A stretch of 64,000 nt of DNA from Candidatus Coproplasma avicola (GCA_018712135.1 DVHK01000093.1:8834-72833); one strand, 5' to 3'; shown: positions 18,439 through 27,612, counted from the first letter of the stretch. Numbers and translations: made by a program. Notes: a model not told the origin generated them from the letters alone.

Positions 18439-18458
18439 TGTCGTTTCAATCCCTTAAT

Positions 18459-18974
18459 TTAATTTTTTTTGCGCCTTAGCTCACCGTCGCGCTCGATAAC
18501 TCCGTTTAGAATCTCAACAGCCGAAGCAATTATTTTTTCAGCTGTTTTTATTCCCTCATCGTCGGACTGCTCTCTTTTGCCGTACTTATAAGGCGAAAGT
18601 TCCGCACGCGCACCCTGTATGAGCGATGAAATCTTGCCAAAGTCGGAATAGCGCTCTTTTTCCGAGAGCATTGTCGCCGTATATGCAAGACTATCCGCTT
18701 TATATATTGCACGTGTAACGCTCTTTATAAAATCCATACGCTTTGCATTAGTATCGATATCTGCCATATCTGTTTGCAAAGCACTAAGTTTCTTTTTAAA
18801 TTCGCTGTGTTTAGGCAGACGGGTGTATTTATGCAATAGCGCCAACAAAATAATGCTGACGATAATTATTGCGCCATAAACACAGTACTGTATTATAATA
18901 TTTAGAGTTTGAGAATTTATCTGCACTGATCCTGCTTGCGAAGATGCGATTGCTGCCAACAGAAAGCTATTCAT
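18459..18974 (-). CDS. Hypothetical membrane protein, translationally coupled to the MscS gene
   Basis: The ATG at 18974 overlaps the MscS TGA (TGATG) and is preceded by AAGGAGGGGG. One or two N-terminal helices, then a helical soluble part. No motif recognised. Confidence 0.6.
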   Translation of the reverse strand: MNSFLLAAIASSQAGSVQINSQTLNIIIQYCVYGAIIIVSIILLALLHKYTRLPKHSEFKKKLSALQTDMADIDTNAKRMDFIKSVTRAIYKADSLAYTATMLSEKERYSDFGKISSLIQGARAELSPYKYGKREQSDDEGIKTAEKIIASAVEILNGVIERDGELRRKKN

Positions 18975-19801
18975 CAGTCCCCCTCCTTTTTGCAAGAATC
19001 GATTTTTACCTTGCGCGAAGACGGTTCACCGCCGCAATTGCGCACAGCCTTATAAATAATCTGCCTGACATCATTTTTAGCGTTGCCGTAATTTTCGGTA
19101 GATGCCCATGCATAAGCCGTACACTTAATTGTATCTTCGCCGAAAGTATCTATTGAAACAGAGGGTTCCGGCGTATTGATAATATTTTCGCTGGCATACA
19201 ATTCCTTGACAATACTCTGCGAAATCAGACCGGCATCGGCACTATAAGAGATATAGAAAGGCAGTTCAACGCGCCTTAACGGCATATTGCTTTCATTGAC
19301 AAGCGTTTGCGAAAGAACATCGCTGTTTGGAATGATGACTTCCTCGTTATTGAACGTTAAAATTTTCGTGTTGAACAGCCTGATGTCCTGCACGGTTCCT
19401 TCCCGACCGTTTATCATAATCACATCGCCTTTTTTAAAAGGCTTTGTAAAAATGATTATAACTCCGTTTGCGAGACTTGCAAGACTGTCCTGCAATGCAA
19501 GAGCAATTGCGAGAGCGATAGCAGAAAAGGCTGCAATTATGCCCGCAGTAGATATTCCCAATGAGCTTGCCACAACTATTACAAGAACAACATATAAAAT
19601 TACAGTAATAACAGAGATAACGAACGTAGCCGCAGCATTGTCTAACCTGCTTTTGAGTGCGACGCGCCTGACAATCATACGCACTATTTTTAAAATAACC
19701 AACCCGAGCAGAGCAAATGCTATCGTGCGTACTATCGTAAGTCCGCCGTCGCTTGCAAAGCGTGAGAAAAAGGCGACTATTTCATTCCATAAATTTTCCA
19801 C
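18974..19801 (-). CDS. Mechanosensitive ion channel (MscS) family protein
   Basis: 275 aa. Three N-terminal TM helices, then the MscS beta-domain pattern (PFKKGDVIMINGREGTVQDIRLFNTKILTFNNEEVIIPNS). Confidence 0.85.
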   Translation of the reverse strand: MENLWNEIVAFFSRFASDGGLTIVRTIAFALLGLVILKIVRMIVRRVALKSRLDNAAATFVISVITVILYVVLVIVVASSLGISTAGIIAAFSAIALAIALALQDSLASLANGVIIIFTKPFKKGDVIMINGREGTVQDIRLFNTKILTFNNEEVIIPNSDVLSQTLVNESNMPLRRVELPFYISYSADAGLISQSIVKELYASENIINTPEPSVSIDTFGEDTIKCTAYAWASTENYGNAKNDVRQIIYKAVRNCGGEPSSRKVKIDSCKKEGD

Positions 19802-19825
19802 ACATGGTCTCCTTATAAATTGTTT

Positions 19826-19858
19826 TTAAGGCAGCCGTCCGTCGGGCGGCTGCCTTAA
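19826..19858 (-). terminator. GC-rich hairpin after the 971-aa lipoprotein gene, putative terminator
   Basis: 12-bp stem TTAAGGCAGCCG/CGGCTGCCTTAA, 20 nt downstream of the stop at 19878. No clear U-tract follows. Confidence 0.45.
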
Positions 19859-19877
19859 ATATAATTATTGACTTTTG

Positions 19878-22793
19878 TTAAGCAACCGAAACGCTGCCAT
19901 TGTTGTTTGTAATTACAACATCTGTGCCATTAAAATCAAGTGTGAGCGTTTTTACGTTGCCGTTTATTGAAACTTCATATCCGTCGCACATTACACCGTT
20001 GAGAAGATACAGCGGCGCACCTTCTTTTACGACACAGCTGAGAGTGCCTTGACCTATCTGAGTTTCTTCTATGTTAAAATCACTGTAATCCCAATCGGAA
20101 ACGTCATAAACTTCGGTATTGCCCGAACTGCCAACCGTTACATTTACAGAAACACGATCGCCGTCGAGGGTAAGCGTACATCTTACCGTGCCTCCTGCGG
20201 CAAAATCGAAAGCCGTAAAGTAAATCTGCAACTTACCGTCCTCACTGAGCTGAACGGAAGGCGTTCTTATTACACCGTTGATTGTAGTTGTAAGCGAAAC
20301 CTGCTCATTTACGCCTCCAACGGTAGCGGACACGCCGATTGTGATGTCTGTATTGTCATCGACAGCAACAATGTATGTGCCCACAAATGAGGATAAATCA
20401 GTATCTATTTTATTGCTGTATATCGTCTGCGAATCTCCGGATGCAACGGTAACCTGTCCGCCCGTGAAGGTTGCGGTGTGAACAGCATTTGACCGCATAA
20501 ACGTGACGACAACCTCGCCGGGGTTTGAAACAATGCCGGTGACATTTACATCTACGCCGTTATAGTTGACAGATCCATCGGAGCCGAGAATAATATATTC
20601 GCTTCCGTTGCTGTACATGCCTATAACTTCGGCAAGGTCGGGAATGCAGTAAACGAGCGAGTCATACGTTGCATAAAGTCTGTTAACTATTTCAACAATA
20701 TAGTTCTGACCGTCGACCGCATATACAAGCGTGATAGTCTCCGTTCCTCCGCTTATGCCTATGTGAATCGAATAATCATTCCTGTCAACTTTGAGCAAAT
20801 TTGTATTGCCTGTTGACGCGTCATAGGATGAAAGGTTAAGTCCGCCCTCTTCATCTATGCTTATCGAAGACTGAACATATCGACCATCGTAGACAAACGT
20901 TGTACCAAACAACTCTTCGAAAGTATTTTGCGCAACATAGAATCTGCTTTGCTCGTCGGAAGTGGAAATATTGCCCGAGCTGTCGATATCTACAGCCTCC
21001 AATACAGCATCGAGACCTGTTGACGACGGGAACAGAGTATAACGATTGTAATGTGAATCGGGAACCATTTCCCCCTCATTGATCGTTACATAGAGCTCCG
21101 GGGTATCGGTTGTGCGCACGGCACCATAACCCCACGAGAAGTAATAGCTGTCTGCACCGTCGACAGTAACTATTCCCGTTTCAAAATTGAAACGAAGCGT
21201 TTCGGGAGTCAACCCTCCGGTAGTAAAATAGTCGTCGCCTTCGTTTAAAGCCTGTGTCATGGTTTCTATCGCCGTGGGCAGATAATCTTCGGTGAGATAA
21301 GTTGAATACGCAGCGTAGCTGCCGCCGGTACCAACGATAGTCCAATAAATGCCTTGGGTATTGACGAGAGCCAAATTAAACGTAACACTGCCCGAAGTGC
21401 CGAGACCTGAGTCTGTATAGGAATATGCAATCGTCCCGAGGTCTTCAAGATAGGTGAACCTGCTGCCTGTACCCGGGCGGACATCATCGCCGTCTACATC
21501 TTTTGTAGTTATAGTAAGGGCATAGTCTTCGTCAATAGTAAGAATTTCAGAATTGGATGTAAAAGTCTGCACAAACTGGCGCTTGGCATTTTCACGGAAA
21601 TAATAACCGCTGCGCTGCGATCTGTTGGATTCCATATAAAAAACATCTTCGGAACCTTCGACCGCGCGGATTACATAAGTGTAATCGTTTGCTGTGCCTG
21701 GAACGGTAAAGGAATATACAAGCTCTCCGTCATCAATGTAGTGAGAAAGCTGATATGAAGTGCCTTCAAAAATTATATTCTGGTCATCATTGAATACAAT
21801 ATCGCCGCCATTTGCAAGGTTGGTGCCTATTGACCACTCACCTTCTCCGTCTTCATCGCCGGGCAACCACTCAGGATTGTATGCGGCATAAACTTCCGAA
21901 CCTTCAAGCGAAACGAGCTTGGTTTCTTCGTTTGTATATATAAGCGCACGTTCAACCGAGGTATCCTCGTCGCGGAACCAAATGCCCGCGCCGAAAGCGC
22001 CAAATCCCGCAGTTGCCGTCATTTCCTGCCCCTGATAGGTTACGGTACTGTTGACGAGGTCAATGCTCAGCTCTTCTCCTTCTGCATTTAAATACGTCGA
22101 GGAAAATACAGGGGTGTAAGCTTCAACTTCAAGCGTACCCATGGATGTACCGTCATTCATATAGACTGCTTCACCGCTGTAATAGAAGAAATAATTTGTT
22201 TCAGGCACATAGAACGTTATGCCGTAATTTTCGCCCTGGCTTTCAAAAATGGTTACAGCCTGATAAGGTTCAGCGGTAGTTACACCCGAACGGTTGCACA
22301 CTCTCCAACTGAAATAACCTTCGTTATCTACGGTATCGGAAATAACGTAATAATACGAAGTTTCATCGGCGCTATACCATGCGCCGGCATACCTTGATGC
22401 TTCGACAAGGAAAGTGCTGTAAAGCTGATTGTCGGCTACGGAAATCATTTCTAACGCCCCGGCATCGTTAAGGGAAATAGTGTAATCTACTCCGTCTGCG
22501 GTACATGAAATTACGATTTCAGCATCTGCGCCTGTAACATCTGTAATTTCAAAAGACTGAGTTCCCTCCAACGTACCTTCGGCAAGATTTAAAACGCCGG
22601 TTTCGCTTACCCAATCGAAAAGCGCATAAGCGCCGAGTGCCTCGGTAAAATCCGTGTCATTATCGTCCGGCGGATCTACAATGCCGGGATCGTCGGGGTC
22701 AGGCGGATTGTTTACTTCACCGTTCGTGCAAGCACATATTACGCCTGCGCCGAGAGAGAGTACCCCTGCCAAAAGCAGTGCAAATTTTTTCAT
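19878..22793 (-). CDS. Large secreted protein / probable lipoprotein of unknown function (971 aa)
   Basis: Signal peptide MKKFALLLAGVLSLGAGVICAC with a Cys-containing lipobox-like end. Acidic, Thr/Gly/Tyr-rich, beta-rich composition. GGAGGA SD upstream. No catalytic or repeat motif recognised. Confidence 0.7.
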   Translation of the reverse strand: MKKFALLLAGVLSLGAGVICACTNGEVNNPPDPDDPGIVDPPDDNDTDFTEALGAYALFDWVSETGVLNLAEGTLEGTQSFEITDVTGADAEIVISCTADGVDYTISLNDAGALEMISVADNQLYSTFLVEASRYAGAWYSADETSYYYVISDTVDNEGYFSWRVCNRSGVTTAEPYQAVTIFESQGENYGITFYVPETNYFFYYSGEAVYMNDGTSMGTLEVEAYTPVFSSTYLNAEGEELSIDLVNSTVTYQGQEMTATAGFGAFGAGIWFRDEDTSVERALIYTNEETKLVSLEGSEVYAAYNPEWLPGDEDGEGEWSIGTNLANGGDIVFNDDQNIIFEGTSYQLSHYIDDGELVYSFTVPGTANDYTYVIRAVEGSEDVFYMESNRSQRSGYYFRENAKRQFVQTFTSNSEILTIDEDYALTITTKDVDGDDVRPGTGSRFTYLEDLGTIAYSYTDSGLGTSGSVTFNLALVNTQGIYWTIVGTGGSYAAYSTYLTEDYLPTAIETMTQALNEGDDYFTTGGLTPETLRFNFETGIVTVDGADSYYFSWGYGAVRTTDTPELYVTINEGEMVPDSHYNRYTLFPSSTGLDAVLEAVDIDSSGNISTSDEQSRFYVAQNTFEELFGTTFVYDGRYVQSSISIDEEGGLNLSSYDASTGNTNLLKVDRNDYSIHIGISGGTETITLVYAVDGQNYIVEIVNRLYATYDSLVYCIPDLAEVIGMYSNGSEYIILGSDGSVNYNGVDVNVTGIVSNPGEVVVTFMRSNAVHTATFTGGQVTVASGDSQTIYSNKIDTDLSSFVGTYIVAVDDNTDITIGVSATVGGVNEQVSLTTTINGVIRTPSVQLSEDGKLQIYFTAFDFAAGGTVRCTLTLDGDRVSVNVTVGSSGNTEVYDVSDWDYSDFNIEETQIGQGTLSCVVKEGAPLYLLNGVMCDGYEVSINGNVKTLTLDFNGTDVVITNNNGSVSVA

Positions 22794-22957
22794 CGTATGT
22801 CAAATCCTCCAAAAAAGATAAACGTAACTAGATCTTACATTTATAAATTTTTCATGAATTATTATACAAAATACAGCCTTGATTTGTCAATCGTTTGGAG
22901 CACGGCTGAGCAAATCAGCTATCGTATGTACTTAAATAAAGTATCAGTTTTGCTTAA

Positions 22958-24238
22958 TTATCTGATATTTTTTATCATCATGCGGATTATCTCCTCGTCA
23001 GTCTCGCGCATACCGTTACGGGCGAGATCACCGACGTTGCGTATGGTGTTCTCGACTCCCTTTTCAAGTATGCCGTCGCCGCCGAGAAACTCGCTGCCAC
23101 GCGCATTCATCTCCATAGCGACAAGCCCGGCCTCTACCGCCGATGCAACTTTCGCCGCACAGCTTGATTTAGCGCCGTCGCATATGACGCCCGACTCTAT
23201 CGCCAGCGCATTCACCACAGTATGAGCAATCTGGTCATAGCCACCGCCGCGCAGATAGCACACTCCCGCACCCGCTCCGCAGCCGGCGCTTACCGCCCCG
23301 CAATACGCCGAAAGGCAGCCTATGCCCGCCTTTAAATGTATAGTTACAAGATCGGAAACGACGAGGGCGCGCAAAAGCTTTTCACGCGGGGAGTTGAAAT
23401 GTTTTGCGTAGACGACAACGGGCAAAGACGCCGTCATGCCTTGGTTGCCGCTGCCAGAAACGATAACGACGGGCAGTTCGCATCCGTTCATGCGCGCATC
23501 GGATCCAGCAGCCGCAGTAGCTTTGGCTCGATTGTGTACGTCGTCGCCGAAAGCGTCGATTAAAATTTTTCCGACGCGGGCACCGTAATCGTTTTTCAGC
23601 CCCTCTTCGGCTATCGCGCTGTTGTATTCGATCTGTCTTTCAAGCATGTCCTCAACATCGGCAAGGTCAACGCAATCAGCAAAGTCGACAATATCCTGCA
23701 CTGTAAGGTCGCTTTTAAATTGAGCGAGCGCACCGATACGTTCTTCGGAAGCGTCTTTATCAAACAGGACTTCACCGTTTCTCTCTATGCGCACGACGTT
23801 AGTGTGACTGCCTGTAATGCGCACGAAGGAATATTCATGACCGCTGTAACAGGTTATGCCTATATCAAATACACACCCTGTGTCTGATTGCTCTACGGAA
23901 ATAACGCCGCGTGAGAGATAATTGCTTATGTTTACCCTGTCGTTTTGTGTTATGCCGGCAAGGACTTCAAGTTTAGCCTCCTCGTTGCCTGCAACAATTC
24001 CCGCGGCAACCGCGGCAGGTATTCCGCGCATACCGTCGGTGTTGGGCACGATAACGCTCTTTACATTCTTTAAAATATTTCCGCTGACGGCGACGTCCAC
24101 CTTGTCAGGGATTGCGCCCAATGTTTTGCGGGCGAGAGCTGCGGCATATGCCACGGCGACAGGTTCGGTGCAGCCCATTGCAGGGACGAGTTCGTCCCTT
24201 AAAACGGCAAGACATCCTTGGTAAATCTCTTTTTTCAT
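22958..24238 (-). CDS. UPF0597/YhaM(CyuA)-like L-cysteine desulfidase family protein (serine dehydratase alpha-like)
   Basis: The N-terminal MGCTEPVAVAYAAA motif and overall glycine/alanine-rich pattern match my memory of the UPF0597 family. The ATG at 24238 (MKKEIYQG) is preferred over the TTG at 24274. Confidence 0.7.
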   Translation of the reverse strand: MKKEIYQGCLAVLRDELVPAMGCTEPVAVAYAAALARKTLGAIPDKVDVAVSGNILKNVKSVIVPNTDGMRGIPAAVAAGIVAGNEEAKLEVLAGITQNDRVNISNYLSRGVISVEQSDTGCVFDIGITCYSGHEYSFVRITGSHTNVVRIERNGEVLFDKDASEERIGALAQFKSDLTVQDIVDFADCVDLADVEDMLERQIEYNSAIAEEGLKNDYGARVGKILIDAFGDDVHNRAKATAAAGSDARMNGCELPVVIVSGSGNQGMTASLPVVVYAKHFNSPREKLLRALVVSDLVTIHLKAGIGCLSAYCGAVSAGCGAGAGVCYLRGGGYDQIAHTVVNALAIESGVICDGAKSSCAAKVASAVEAGLVAMEMNARGSEFLGGDGILEKGVENTIRNVGDLARNGMRETDEEIIRMMIKNIR

Positions 24239-24355
24239 ACAATCAGCATACTGCCAAAAGCAGTCAAATGTCAAGCAAAACGGGGGTATAACAATCGCAT
24301 ATGCTAAACATTAATATAATATATGTCACGCACGCGCGCGACATATCATAATAAC

Positions 24356-24384
24356 TTGACAGCGGGCGCATCGTTGCGTATAAT
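24356..24384 (+). promoter_or_regulatory. Perfect consensus sigma-A promoter TTGACA-17-TATAAT
   Basis: -35 TTGACA (24356-24361), 17-nt spacer, -10 TATAAT (24379-24384). GGAGG at 24415-24419 and ATG at 24428. Confidence 0.75.
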
Positions 24385-24427
24385 TTATTAATAAATGCAT
24401 AAATGCACAAATACGGAGGCAAAGATT

Positions 24428-25222
24428 ATGACACCGACAGTCAGACGGCTGCACATGTGGTATGGCATATTTCTTGCAGTATTCACGATTATTGTAGGAA
24501 TATTGTTCATATCACAGGCTGCCGACATTTATTACAGCGGCGTCGGATACTCGCGTGAGCTCGTGGTCGAGCGATGCACGGCGATAGCCGCTCCGTTCTG
24601 GATATGGGTTGCGGCGGTAATCGCAGGCGGAATTATCTGGACGGTCTTCCCAGAAGACGAGAAAAAGTTAAAGCGATTGCCTGACGCGCGCGGCGATGCC
24701 GAAAGATTTTATAAGCTTGCGGCGAAAGAGAGCGACAAGCCAGGCTTCGATGAGGCGGCTCAGGCAGTTGCCCGCGACGCAAAGATAAGAAAGATTTTAT
24801 GGCTGAGCTGCATGGGCGTGTGCCTTGTGTGCGCAGCCGTGGGAATGGCGTTTTTGTTCAACCTCCCCTCCTATCCTTCCGACCCCAACGATGCTATTTT
24901 AGGGCTCGTGCGCAGCGTATTGCCCTGCGTTCTCGTTGCTTTTGCCGCATGTATCGGCGCGACGATTTACGACGGCATAGCCGCAAAAAAGGTTCTTCCC
25001 CACGTAAAAAAGATGCTTGCCCTCGGGGGGCGCTCGCAGGAGCAGGCACAACCGGGAAAGATTGCGCTCGTGCTGCAATCGCCAGTCACCCTTCTTATTG
25101 TAAGAATAGCCATTATTCTAGTTGCTATTGTATTTATTGTTTTAGGCGTATTCAACGGCGGAATGAACGATGTTCTTATTAAGGCAATCAATATCTGTAC
25201 AGAGTGTATCGGAATGGGGTGA
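24428..25222 (+). CDS. Polytopic membrane protein ending in a C-terminal CxxC tail (…KAINICTECIGMG)
   Basis: About five hydrophobic helices. The last 25 aa (GVFNGGMNDVLIKAINICTECIGMG) resemble what I recall as the CD1871A-family CXXC peptides, which sit next to 4Fe-4S membrane proteins. CTEC is at 25196-25207. The ATG at 24428 was chosen because the promoter and SD lie upstream of it and downstream of the ORF-track start. Confidence 0.65.
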   Translation: MTPTVRRLHMWYGIFLAVFTIIVGILFISQAADIYYSGVGYSRELVVERCTAIAAPFWIWVAAVIAGGIIWTVFPEDEKKLKRLPDARGDAERFYKLAAKESDKPGFDEAAQAVARDAKIRKILWLSCMGVCLVCAAVGMAFLFNLPSYPSDPNDAILGLVRSVLPCVLVAFAACIGATIYDGIAAKKVLPHVKKMLALGGRSQEQAQPGKIALVLQSPVTLLIVRIAIILVAIVFIVLGVFNGGMNDVLIKAINICTECIGMG

Positions 25223-25227
25223 GGCTA

Positions 25228-26922
25228 ATGAAAAATTTTTTGATTAAAACAGGCGGATTTTTTAAAAAAATCGGTCTTTGGATAAAAAACCATGCGCCGA
25301 CGAGGCGGAGAATTATTCAACTCTATGCAGCATTACTCACAAATGCAAATATAAAAGGTCTTTTTTCGGGTATGCTCTATGGCGGAGGAACAAAAAATGT
25401 GTGTGTTCCCGGACTAAATTGTTATTCATGCCCAAGCACCGTTGCTTCTTGCCCCCTCGGAGCCTTGCAAAATGCGTTAGCCGGTTCTGGGACAAAAACA
25501 CCGGTTTATATTTTAGGCATACTTGCACTACTCGGAATAATGTTGGGAAGAGTTATATGTGGTTTTCTTTGTCCTACCGGGCTTATACAAGACTTACTCT
25601 ATAAAATAAAGACACCAAAGTTAAAGAAAAATAAAATAACGCGTATACTTTCTTATTTCAAGTATGTGCTTCTTGTCGGCCTTGTAGTTGCAATTCCCCT
25701 TGCGTATATGTTGCAGAATACTCCTGTTCCCGGGTTCTGTAAATATATCTGCCCGTCAGGGACACTTGGTGGAGCGATACTCCTGCTTTTAAACCCTGCA
25801 AACGCTTCGTACTTCGATATGCTGGGAGGGTTATTTACATGGAAGTTTGCTGTTCTGATCGTCATTCTAGTGGCGAGCGTGTTCATTTACCGCCCCTTCT
25901 GCCGCTTTATATGCCCCCTCGGCGCAATTTACGGCTTCTTCAATAAAATTGCGCTACTCGGCGTTAAAGTCGATAAAGATAAATGTACCGACTGCGGACT
26001 GTGCGTTGCACACTGCAAAATGGACATAAAGCACGTAGGCGATCATGAATGCATAAATTGTGGTGAATGTATTAAGGTTTGCCCCACGAAAGCAATTGTT
26101 TGGAAGGGCTCTTCGATATTTGTAAAGCCCAACGATATTGAAAACGATTTAGCTGTAAAAGTTCCCCTGACAAACTTTGTTCAGCCTGTTGCGGCAGGTG
26201 CAGGCGGCGAGGGCGACAGCGTTGTCCTTTCGCAGGCGGCTGAATTACGAACGCCAGTCACGTCTACGGCAGGCGCACCAGCCGCGCCTATGCGCAAAAT
26301 CTACCGCAAAAGACCTTACATAGGGCCCAAAGGACAGCAGATATTAAAAATTGTTGCAGTTGTACTTGCTTCCTTATTGCTTGTTGGAGCAATTGTATAT
26401 TACAATTTCTTTGATTCAAGCGCAAGGGAAAGAATTGTAATAGCCGTCGGCGAAGATTGTCCCGAATTTTCAATACCTATATTAAATGGCGAAGAAGGCG
26501 ACACTTACGAACTTGAAGATTCCCGAGGAAGAATTACAATCTTAAACTTCTGGGGAACATGGTGCGGCCCGTGCGTGCGCGAATTACCGGAATTTGAAGA
26601 GATTGCAAATAACTATGCTGACGACGTAACGGTTATTGCCATTGGAGATTATTACGAGTCACGCGAAACCGTACTGAATTTCATTCCGAGCGAAATAGGT
26701 TCACAAGGCAAAACAGACTGGTCTGATTGGACGCTTACATTTGCTCACGATGTGGAACAACAAGACGGCTCTTCCGTATATGAACTTCTTGGCGGCGTAA
26801 ACGCTTATCCGATGACATTGATTCTCGATGAAAACGGGGTAATATCGTTTATCCGTGAAGGCAGTTTATCATATGAAGAACTTGAAAGTCAGGTACTTAC
26901 TATTTTAAATAATGCTGAATAA
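25228..26922 (+). CDS. Fusion protein: NapH/MauN-like membrane polyferredoxin (4 CxxCP motifs plus 2 [4Fe-4S] motifs) - TM helix - TlpA/ResA-type thioredoxin domain
   Basis: CYSCPSTVASCPLG, CGFLCPTG, CKYICPSG and CRFICPLG lie within TM segments. Ferredoxin motifs are CTDCGLCVAHC (25984-26016) and CINCGECIKVCP. An Ala/Pro-rich linker and a TM helix (ILKIVAVVLASLLLVGAIVYY) follow, then a thioredoxin fold with WGTWCGPCVRELPEF (CGPC at 26563-26574). SD GGGGTGAGG is upstream of the ATG at 25228. Only 5 nt separate it from the upstream gene. Confidence 0.8.
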   Translation: MKNFLIKTGGFFKKIGLWIKNHAPTRRRIIQLYAALLTNANIKGLFSGMLYGGGTKNVCVPGLNCYSCPSTVASCPLGALQNALAGSGTKTPVYILGILALLGIMLGRVICGFLCPTGLIQDLLYKIKTPKLKKNKITRILSYFKYVLLVGLVVAIPLAYMLQNTPVPGFCKYICPSGTLGGAILLLLNPANASYFDMLGGLFTWKFAVLIVILVASVFIYRPFCRFICPLGAIYGFFNKIALLGVKVDKDKCTDCGLCVAHCKMDIKHVGDHECINCGECIKVCPTKAIVWKGSSIFVKPNDIENDLAVKVPLTNFVQPVAAGAGGEGDSVVLSQAAELRTPVTSTAGAPAAPMRKIYRKRPYIGPKGQQILKIVAVVLASLLLVGAIVYYNFFDSSARERIVIAVGEDCPEFSIPILNGEEGDTYELEDSRGRITILNFWGTWCGPCVRELPEFEEIANNYADDVTVIAIGDYYESRETVLNFIPSEIGSQGKTDWSDWTLTFAHDVEQQDGSSVYELLGGVNAYPMTLILDENGVISFIREGSLSYEELESQVLTILNNAE

Positions 26923-27079
26923 ACTTTTAAATCGCTTTTTCATTTAATATTTTTGTGCCACTACAATAATTTATTTCATCCCGCCGCAGATAAATTCACT
27001 TTATATTTAATTTTCTTTCTTCTCCCTACCCCCATTTTGATTTTGAGCTATTTTTATTATATCTTTATAGGATATAATC

Positions 27080-27114
27080 AAAAAAGTCCCGTTGCAAAGC
27101 AACGGGACTTTTTT
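27080..27114. terminator. Bidirectional rho-independent terminator between convergent units
   Basis: Perfect 16-bp stem AAAAAAGTCCCGTTGC/GCAACGGGACTTTTTT with a 3-nt loop. A/T runs on both sides. Confidence 0.8.
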
Positions 27115-27125
27115 GATTATGAAAC

Positions 27126-27518
27126 TTAAGCTGCAACTACCTGAACCGTATAGCTGTATACTCCGAGTTGCGTATCGTACTGCGTATTGTCGAAAGAGTA
27201 TCCTTCAGGAACATTTTCAAGATGAATCTGATAATACTTATTTTCTTCAATGCCGCTTATTACAGCTGTACCGTTCTCGTCTACAAGAACACCTCTGAGA
27301 CAGGTTCCAAGTATACCCGCTTCATAGTCATCATATATGCAGAGCTGTACACCCACACCTTCAACAGGACTTCCGTCTTCGTAGGTAACGGTAACAGAAA
27401 TTGTTCCATCAAAAGCTTCATTAGTATCGCCATTTCCGCAAGCGGCAAGAGCGAATGCAAAAACCGCAAGGCAGGCTGTGAGGCAAAGTAAAATCGCCGC
27501 TTTAATTTTTTTCGCCAT
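27126..27518 (-). CDS. Small lipoprotein with a carboxypeptidase-regulatory-like / Cna-B-like beta-sandwich domain
   Basis: 130 aa. Lipoprotein signal (AFALAAC|GNG). ISVTVTYEDGSPVEGVGVQL...VDENGTAVISG...LENVPEGY resembles the N-terminal domain of the upstream 971-aa protein. AAGGAG SD. Confidence 0.65.
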   Translation of the reverse strand: MAKKIKAAILLCLTACLAVFAFALAACGNGDTNEAFDGTISVTVTYEDGSPVEGVGVQLCIYDDYEAGILGTCLRGVLVDENGTAVISGIEENKYYQIHLENVPEGYSFDNTQYDTQLGVYSYTVQVVAA

Positions 27519-27559
27519 ATTATTATATCTCCTTAAAAATTTTGATTCTTTTTAATATT

Positions 27560-27589
27560 CTTTTGCGGCGGATTGCTCCGCCGCAAAAG
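27560..27589 (-). terminator. Intergenic hairpin, possible partial terminator or attenuator
   Basis: 13-bp stem CTTTTGCGGCGGA/TCCGCCGCAAAAG with a 4-nt loop, between the stop at 27613 and the start at 27518. No strong U-tract on the minus strand. Confidence 0.4.
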
Positions 27590-27612
27590 TTTAAATTAGA
27601 TTGTTATTGCCA

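Noticed and set aside
24321-24346. Imperfect palindrome ATATGTCACG…CGCGACATAT between the divergent cysteine-desulfidase-like and redox-module genes
   Set aside because: Only the 7-bp ends pair perfectly and it lies upstream of the -35. It could be an operator, but the support is too weak to call it a feature.
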